In this document: one piece after another, positions 55,219 through 64,000 of the stretch
How positions within the stretch are numbered: position 1 is the first letter of the stretch
Layout: each line of letters starts with the position of its first letter
Source: Eledone cirrhosa
Lineage: Eukaryota
Assembly (NCBI GenBank): GCA_964016885.1
Contig: OZ024751.1
Coordinates: 31,930,001-31,994,000, forward strand
Direction of reading: 5' to 3'
Length of the DNA stretch: 64,000 nucleotides
Position numbers and translations under genes: made by a program
Notes under the pieces: model-generated
What the model was told of the DNA's origin: nothing
Database searches by the model: none
What the model saw: only the letters and a program-made list of their open reading frames with translations

Positions 55219-55278
55219 GTGTGTGTATATATATATATATATATGTGTATGTATATATATATATGAGTGTGATTTAAG
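54440..55278. repeat. Long inverted repeat: arms 54440-54783 and 54869-55278, 85-nt spacer
   Basis: Arms are near-exact reverse complements apart from microsatellite lengths; mirrored ORFs MYRKFHCKK appear on both strands. Confidence 0.92.
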
Positions 55279-55741
55279 ATGATGATACATACATACACGT
55301 ACATGCATATGCATAAACATACAATTATATATACACCCACACACACGCATATATATATATATATGTGCTTGTGTGTGGGTGTATATATAATTGTATGTTT
55401 ATGTATATGTATGTACGTGTATGTATGTATCATCATTTTACGTCCGCTCTTCCCTGCTTGCAAGGGTGGGACAGGAACGGATTCTGGCTTGATTTCTACA
55501 GCTGGATGCCCTCATTTACAATGAGTGGTGGGTGATTTTTTTCCGTGGCAACTACACGTCCAATTTACAGTGTAGGCTGGGTGCTTTTTTGTCGTGGCAC
55601 CTCCATGTCCATTTTTCAGTGGAATGAGTTAACTGGAGCAATGTGAAATAAAGCGTTTTGCTCAAGGAAACAACACATCACCCGGTCTGAGAATTGAACT
55701 CACAACCTTTCGATTGCAAGGCCAATGCTCTAAGCCATGTG

Positions 55742-55823
<82 letters not shown>

Positions 55824-55869
55824 AACACGTATATATACAAATGTATATATCATTATCACCATTTTACAC

Positions 55870-56550
55870 CTCCTTTTCCAGCACCACCGCCATCATCGCT
55901 TTAAATGATTCATGCTTGCATGGGTTGGAGGGGTCTTTTCCAGCACAGTCTCTTTCCACTTGTCATCTCGTGAGATTCAGTGATTTGAGATTAGCTCTTA
56001 CAACGTCTGTCCAGGTCTTCCTTGGTTTACCTCTACAACAGCTTCCTTCAATTGGGATTTGTTGGCACGGCTTCACCCAACTATCATCGTCCATATGCAT
56101 CATATGGCCATACCAGCACAGTCTTCTCTCCTGAACAATATATCTGATTCCTCTTATATCCAGGCCTCTCTCCCAGCTCATCTATGCTTTGCCTTTCATG
56201 TATATTAACATTGCACATCCATTAAAGTATGGTTACTTAATTTCTCTCCAGCCTTTGCATTATCTACCATGTACACTGCCTGTCTCACTACAATGCAACA
56301 TTGTACTTCTTACACACATATACACCCAGCCCTTATTTTGTAGAGAGAAACCTTTTGTTGTCTACAGAGGTAGCAGCTCCCTGAACCTTTTCCATCCTGT
56401 TCTTAGTCTAGCTATTATGCTCTCAGCGCAGCCTCCTTCCCGACTCATTTTATCATCTAGGTAACAGAAGCTATCAACTACTTGTATGGAGTCTTCCTGG
56501 GATTGAAAAATGTTTATTGTACTTGCCACTTGTACTCTTAGTACTATTTC
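55870..56550 (-). mobile_element. RTE LINE 3' fragment
   Basis: ORFs with FCYL..GGCAESIIARLRTGWKRFRELLPL and RRLCWYGH..GKPRKTW. Confidence 0.85.
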
Positions 56551-56563
56551 TGTGTATTTGCTA

Positions 56564-56624
<61 letters not shown>

Positions 56625-56652
56625 AGACCACGGCATCAAGCAGTCAGGATTT

Positions 56653-56740
<88 letters not shown>

Positions 56741-56769
56741 TACACATATACTGCTATTGCATTGCTTGA

Positions 56770-57465
56770 TTAAAAACAACATTATCTTCAAAACTATCTG
56801 ATGATTATCATCAATATCCAAAGAACAACTGAGGATGAAGACTGAGCTATTGAGAAAATTAAACTCAATCCCAAAGTGTTCTTCTCATTTGCTAAAAGGT
56901 CACTGACTCCACAGTTGGTCCTCTCATTGATGAAAATATCATTTGCCATGATGATCCTAAAACCATGAGTGAGATACTGTAGAAACAAAACTGCTCTGTT
57001 TTCAGTAATGCTGATATGGCTGATCTGGGCTGTATCAGTGATGTTGACTTCCAACACACTATATCTGACATAATCCTTTAGTGGCAATAAACAAATGTAA
57101 ACACACAATTTAACAGTTAGCTCTGGTATGTTCCCTGCTAGTGTCCTGAAGGAGTGTCGACATCAGTTTGTATCTCCTCTTCCTAGTCTCTGGAGGGAAT
57201 CATTGGATGCATGCTATATCCCTGTTTATTTTCTGTCACAGTCTGTTCCTTGCAATGAATTATTGTTCAATCTCACTCACCTCTCATATCATTAAGGTAT
57301 TTAAGATGGTGGTCAGATCATGAATAACACACTTTCTTGACAGCAACAATTACCTGAATTCCAACTAGCATGGGTTCTGTGATGGCAGGGTCTGTTTAAT
57401 GCGGCTTCTGCATCCCTTTGATGACATCCGAAAGGCTTTGGTGGAGGGCTCCATCACTGATGTAA
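56770..57465 (+). mobile_element. Decayed CR1-like LINE fragment
   Basis: Remnants IKLNPKVFFSFAK and N*HGFCDGRVCL (cf. QHGFRxGRSC). Confidence 0.7.
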
Positions 57466-57499
57466 ACCCCCCACCACTAGAGGAGAAAAATTACTTTGA

Positions 57500-58255
57500 C
57501 CTGTTATTGAAGATGTTCTCTTGACTGTAATACACAAAAAACCTGATACAATTATAAAGATGATTCCACTCAGTAATAACACAATTTCTTGACGTAGAAA
57601 TAAAATGGCTACCCACCAACGTCAAACATTAACTCATCCATTATCTCCAGAGTTATATTCTTTCCATACACATTGCCAAATGAACAGTTGTGGGAAGTCA
57701 ATGCTTGATGATGGTGTATTTTTTTTTATAATGAAAATATTCATCTCTGTGAGGAGATGCTGTTACTGATCAATTGGTGCTTGACTCAAAATGATTTATT
57801 AAAGTTATTTTTTAATAAGAATAACGCCCCATTAAACAATTTTGTTGCCTGTGCATTTGATGGAGCGTTTGCTAAGATAGGTAGATACAAATTTTCTCTT
57901 CTCTCTTAAAACTTGAAATATCTTAATAGTTCACTGATTGACTCACTAGCAGCATTTAATGGAAAAAACATCAATGGCAGACTTAGTAATGTATTGCAGT
58001 GAGTTATTAAAACTGTGAACAAGTTAAAATCAAATTCTTTGAACGAATTCTCTGTCAAATGTGTTTTTATAACGATGATGACTATGTGAGGTTTCTGTAC
58101 CATACTGAAGTATGATGGTTGTCAAAAGACAACTGTGTTGACCATTTTGTCGAACTGTTTGATACAATAACATTCTTTTTTCAAAATATTCCAGTATCCA
58201 TTGCTCTGATTGCTTCAAAAGTGAGCAATGACATAAAAAAGGTTGGGAACCCCTG
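57500..58255 (+). mobile_element. Decayed hAT (Buster/Charlie-like) transposon 3' part
   Basis: Translated remnants ACAFDGA and YHTEV*WLSK (cf. HTEVRWLS). Terminus GGTTGGGAACCCCTG is typical of hAT TIRs. Confidence 0.8.
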
Positions 58256-58633
58256 ACATAAACAAATATACAAATGTACACACACACAAGCACATAAACA
58301 CATAAACAAATACACACAAGGGCACAAATTCATTCTTAGAAATGTCAGCAAAATTTCCTTCAAATCCTCAAATCTTAAAAAATGCTAAAGATAACAGCCA
58401 ATCTCCCTTCAATCATAGACTCTACTGACTTAGAACCTGCTAAAAATACCAACCAATTGTCCAACAAATCTCATTCTCTGATATCTTTTAAAATGCTAGA
58501 AACACCAGTCAGTAACCTAATTTGATGTCTTAGACAATACTAGTAACAGAAACGAAATTTCCCTCAAAATATACTTTTAATATATCAGAAATAGCAGGCA
58601 AATACACCTCTAAATACATATTTTAGTCTAGTT

Positions 58634-61615
58634 GAATGAATGAATGGCGAATTCTTTGCTTGCAAACATCAGTGGGAAGAATTGTTCTCCTGCTCCATGC
58701 AGTGACACACCATGAGGTGGCTGTAGAGGCCAATCCTGGACCCACAGGCTCTGGTACAGTTGGGGCAAGTGTGTAATTGGTCAGTTGTTGGTTGGGTGGC
58801 AAACAGCTTTCTTCTTTAATGTTTGTCTTCATCTGCCCTCCTGAAAACTGGTTGAAGTTGTTTTGATGGTTGCTCTCCATTTCTCTCTGTCTTCTGTCAG
58901 GTGTTCCCATTCTCTGTGATCAATATTGCCTTGGACCAGCTGGTGCTTGAGCTGGTCTTTGAAGCGTTTTCAGGGGGGTGCCTTGGTTTTGCTTGCCTTG
59001 ACGTAGTTCATCGTAGAAAACTGCCTTTGGCATCATAGAGTCCTTGATGCACGAGACGTGATTTGCCCAGCGGAGTTGTCTCAGCATCAGCATGCTCTCA
59101 TTGCTTGTGATATCGGCCCTCTTGAGAACTTCCTCGTTTGTACATAGTCCTGCCAAAGGATACTCATGATGGAGTGAAGGCATCGCTGATTGAATCTTTC
59201 CAGTAGCTTGATTTGCATCCAGTACAGGACCCAGCTTTTAGCTCCATAGAGGAGGGTAGTGATTACAACGGCTTTGTAGACTCTGATCTTTGTGGTGAGG
59301 TGTAGAGAGTGGTTCTGTCAAATGCATTTTTGCAAGCATCTGAATGAACTGCTGGCCTTGGCAATGCAGTTGTCAATGTCCTTTGCTGAGGTAGTGTTGT
59401 TGGTAATGATGCTTCTCAAGTATGTAAAGTGTTCCGCTGCACTTAAGGGATGGCCATTGATGTTAATCTGCAGAGGGTGGTATTCTTCATTTGTTGGCTT
59501 CTGGGACATGACTTCAGTTTTCTTGATGGCAAAAGGCTTTGGGTGCCCAAGCAAAACAGTTGATGGCTACATGGAGATCTTCCCTGTGTATGCCAGAAGC
59601 ACACAGTTGTCTGTGAACTGCAGATCCAGGATCAACTCCTTCAGCGTTATGGTGCAGGTGAGTAATCATTGCAAGTTGAACACACTCCCATCAGTACAGA
59701 ACCAAATGTAAATTTCCTTCCACAGATCTTTCATTGCTTCGCAGAGCATCATACTGAAGAAGATTTCAAATAGAATTGAGGCAAGAACACAGCTTTGATT
59801 CATGCCATTCTCGATAGAGAATTGATTGGAGAGACCACTATTGTGCTTCACTTGTCCCTGCTACTCTGTGTGGAGTTGCTGCTCAGGAATTTTGTCAGAC
59901 ATCCTGCTGAGAATCTTCCATAGTCCATCCCTACTAACTTTATCAAATGCCTTCGTCAGGTTAATGAAGGCAGTGTACAAGGCCATATTTTGCTCTCTGC
60001 CTTTTTCTTGGATCTGACAGAGGACAAAAATCAGGTCTATGGTGCCATGGTTGGCACGGAATCTGTATTGGCTTTCTGGGAGGACACCATCTGCAATGGC
60101 TGGGATGAGTATCTTGAGTAGGACACAAGGTAGAATTTTGCCTGCAGTTGAGAGTAATGTGATGCCATGGTAGTTTGAGAAGTCTGATATTTGGCCTTTG
60201 TTCTTGTACAGGGACACTATCATGGCATTTCGGAGGTCTCCATTTGATCAGCACTGTACAAACAAGTCCAGGAGCTTCTCAAGGAGTGAGCCACCGCCAT
60301 ACTTATACACCTCAGTGGGAATACCGTTAACACCAGGAGCCCTGTGTATTTTCAGGTGGGTGACTGCAGTCTTTATCTCCTCTAGGGAGGGTGGTGCATC
60401 CAGCTCACTTTTAAATTACTGCTGTGGGATGTTGTTGATTGAAGCATCTGTTACCAAGCATTTGTCTCCAAACAAGTTGCCATAATGTTTAGGATAGCCT
60501 GTGTCTGTGAACAATGCTGATACATCTGTTGACTGGGGAGGGGCTTGTGTTTGGTGAATGGGACCATAGACCTCACTGAGTACTTCATATATGGTTCTGG
60601 TTTTGCCAGTATCCGCATAGTGCAGTATTTTCTCGGCCTGTTCTGACTACCAGTTATTCTGAATCTCCCTGAGCTTCCTCTGTAGGGTGCTGCAGGTTTT
60701 CCTGTATGTCGACCTGGCTGACTGGCTATTCAGACTCGACAGCACTCCTCGGTATGCAGAGTGTTTCTTGTCAACGAGCGTTTGAATCTCACCATCACTC
60801 TCGTTGAACCAGTCTTTGTTTTTCCTTGTAGAGAAACCCACCACTTCTGGTGTTGTGTCCTGTAACGCCCTCTTCAAGTCTTGCCAATAAATCTCTGGTT
60901 CGGCATCGGGAGTTACAATGGTGTTAAGCTTTGCTTCTAGTTTTTCCTGAAATTTCCCCTCCAGCGAGGAGAAGTGATCAACATTGATTTTATTGAATTG
61001 TTGGGCTCTTTTCTTCACTGTGGGCTTGACCATCAATCTATGGATTGATCGTATGAGTCGATGGTCAGTGTAGTAGTCAGCACTCAGCATAACTCTAGTG
61101 TTCAGCATATCTTTCGTATCTCTCTAGTGCACAAGGATATAATCCAGTAGGTGCCAATTCTTGGAGCATGGGTGCCTCCATGTTGTTTTGAACCTGTTTT
61201 TTTTTTGCTGGAAAAAGGTGTTGGTGATGGCCAGGGAGTGCTCAGTGCATAGCTGAAGGAGGAGCTGGCCTTTGTCGTTGCAGTTGCCTATCCCATGTCG
61301 CATGAGCACGGCAGGCCAAGGGGCATGGTCTCTGCCAACCCTTGCGTTGAAATCACCCATGATGACAATTTTGTCAGAGCTGTTGGTTTCCTGGATGAGC
61401 GATCTCAGTTCACTGTAAAAGGATTCTCTTGCAGTAGGGTCTGCTTACAGCGTTGTTGTATAGACACTAATGATGGCGAAGAAATAGTTGTCTTGCAAAT
61501 AAGACGGAGAGACATCAGTCAGTCAGAGTGACCAACTGGGAGACCTTTGAGACTGTTAGCGATGCCGTTTTATATCATGAAACCAACTCCAGATAACCTG
61601 TGATCGTCTTTGGCC
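58634..61615 (-). mobile_element. Second RTE-clade LINE family, 5'-truncated and decayed, with C-terminal C2H2 finger and (CATT)n tail
   Basis: GDFNARVG, KTTWRHPCSKNWHLLDYIL, TDHRLI, YHGITLLSTAGK, FINLTKAFD, FTYL, RQLRW and CPNCTRACGSRIGLYSH. Many stops. Confidence 0.93.
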
Positions 61616-62072
61616 AAGTTAGCATTTCCCTAAAGGCATGTTTAAATTTCATCATTACAAACGAAACCTACACATTTAATACTTATTTCTGCTAAATCTC
61701 ATTTTAAAAAGTGCATTAAGAAAATTATTAAAAATTAAAAATACAAATATAATAGGTAATCAGATAATTTAACTCAAATTCTGATTCAAGGGAAATTACC
61801 GAAAATACAAAGCTTGAAAGATTAATTTCCCTTTGAACGTAAACTTACAAGCAGTGCATTCAACCACCCAACCAGTACAGTAAATGTTCATCTAGAGAGC
61901 CAGCATACTAACACCCAGCCAGCAGGCAACCAGCTGGTCAACCGGAAAATATACCTTATACTAGAAATAGCAGCTTAAATCTCACAACGCTATGCCTTGT
62001 AAAACGATAAAAGTAGCAGCTAAATATCTGTTAAATCTCTACTGTTAGCAGCATTTTACAAGGCATGGCATT

Positions 62073-62163
<91 letters not shown>

Positions 62164-63001
62164 TATTGGTGTGTAACGTTTAGTTGCTATTTGTTCACAA
62201 GTTTGAACACTCAATGCTAATATTTGGGCCAGGCTGCCGGTGTGAAATGCTGTGTTTGGTATTTCACTGAAGTCAGTATCCTTAAGAAGCAGAGTGTCAA
62301 TGATTGTTTCTACTTTTGGCACAAGGCCAGCAATTATCCCAGTGCATATCTGGTACTTTATTTTATTGACCCCCGTAAGGATCAAAGGCAAAGCTAACCT
62401 CGGCAGGATTTGAACTCAGAACGTAAAGGGCTATAAACTAGTATAGATGATATATTAAATATCAAATGATACATATTATATAGTAAAATAAAATAAAAAT
62501 ATTTATTATATTATAAATTAAGGGTTTTATTTATTATATATTATTTACAATTTACGTGTAGGCAGGTCTCTCTGGAAATAGTGGTGGGGGCACTGAGGAT
62601 ATTACGTGGCTGTGAGGGGTGGGTGGGTGTGGCCCCAAGAGTTTGAGAACTTCTGGTCTAACACGTGACAGTATGTGTTCCACCCACATAAAACGTGTTC
62701 GACAAGTCAGCAATGCTCGGACACTGGACGTGGTTTCTAATTAAGACACAAGATCAGTAATTTGGGACAGAGGGAAAGCCGTTTATATTGGCTGCAGTAC
62801 ATGACTGGTATTTTATTTTATCGGATTCGGAAGGATGAAAGGTAAAGTTGACTTTGGCGAGATTTGAACGTAGAACGTGAAGAACCGGAACTAATGTTGA
62901 TAAATATTTGTCCGGCGCTCTACCGATTTTACCAACACACCACCATAACAACAATAACAATAATAACAGCAGCAACAACAACAACAATAATTATATTAAT
63001 A

Positions 63002-63422
63002 ATTGTTTCTACTTTTGGCACAAGGCCAGCAATTACCTAGTGCATTACTGGTTCTTTATTTTATCGACCCCGTAAGGATGAAAGGCAAAGTTAACCTCGG
63101 CGGGATTTGAACTCAGAATGGCAAGGGCCGTAACTCTATGCGTCAAAGCATGGCGTCCGACCCTCTACCGATACTACCAAATAATGACAATGATAATGAT
63201 GATGAGGATGGTGGTGATGATGATGATAATGACGGTGACGATGATGTTGATGATGATGATGATAATTGTTTCTACTACTGGCACAAAGCCAGCAATTACC
63301 AAGTACATTACTGGTACTTTATTTCATCGACCCCGTAAGGATGAAAGCAAAGTTAACCTCGGCGGGATTTGAACTCAGAATGGCAAGGGCCGTAACTCTA
63401 TGCGTCAAAGCATGGCGTCGAC
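63002..63422 (-). mobile_element. Two tandem copies of SINE family 1. Other minus copies about 350-720, 3330-3490, 14820-15010, 33510-33670, 41543-41725, 52938-53090, 62303-62436, 62735-62940
   Basis: Reverse complement of the same B box and body motif. Confidence 0.9.
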
Positions 63423-63883
63423 GATGATAATGATGATTAAAATGATGATGATGATGATGGTAGGGATGATGGTGATAATACTGTTGATAGTGGCGATGGT
63501 GATGGTGGTGGTGGTGGTGATGATAATAATGATGGTGATGATGGTGATGGCGGTGGTGATGATGATGTCGATAGCAATTAAAACAGACTTAAAACAGACT
63601 TAAAAATCCATGAGAGATATTTAAGAAGTTTGTAGTCTTGAGAGAGATTAATTTAAAAAATGAATTAATTAGACGAAGGGATTTAGTGTTAATGAAGTGG
63701 TGGTGGAGGAGGACTAAGATGATGTGGTGGGGGAGTAAGGTTGTGTTGGGTGTTTTTTTTTCAAAAATAGTAGGGCAATGTGTTGTGATTACGTGTATAG
63801 TTGTACAGAAGTGTGTATGTGTTTGTGTTTGTGAGTACAAATAGCTGTGTGTGAGGGTTTGTACCTGTATAGATGTGTATATT

Positions 63884-63997
<114 letters not shown>

Positions 63998-64000
63998 TAT

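Overview
AT-rich, repeat-saturated eukaryotic DNA. Dense (TA)n/(CA)n/(GA)n microsatellites, tRNA-derived SINEs and RTE LINEs suggest an octopus or other coleoid genome (inference). One host gene is well supported: a 3-exon TOMM7 (55 aa, minus strand, 43736-54049) that the ORF track misses. The rest is mobile DNA: two long decayed RTE LINEs (one with a PHD finger inside the RT, one with a C-terminal C2H2 finger), CRE, CR1, Expander-like, Tc1/mariner and hAT remnants, TTAA-flanked MITEs, at least two SINE families and TE-derived minisatellites. The most notable signals are (i) several sequence-distinct minimal type I hammerhead ribozymes in short (TA)n-flanked cassettes, two with intact cores, (ii) a roughly 48-copy 59-bp SINE-derived array with a Pol III B box and a CTCF-like core per unit, and (iii) near-perfect foldback palindromes, the largest just upstream of TOMM7. 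Nearly all listed ORFs are microsatellite artefacts. Repeat boundaries were read by eye and are approximate.
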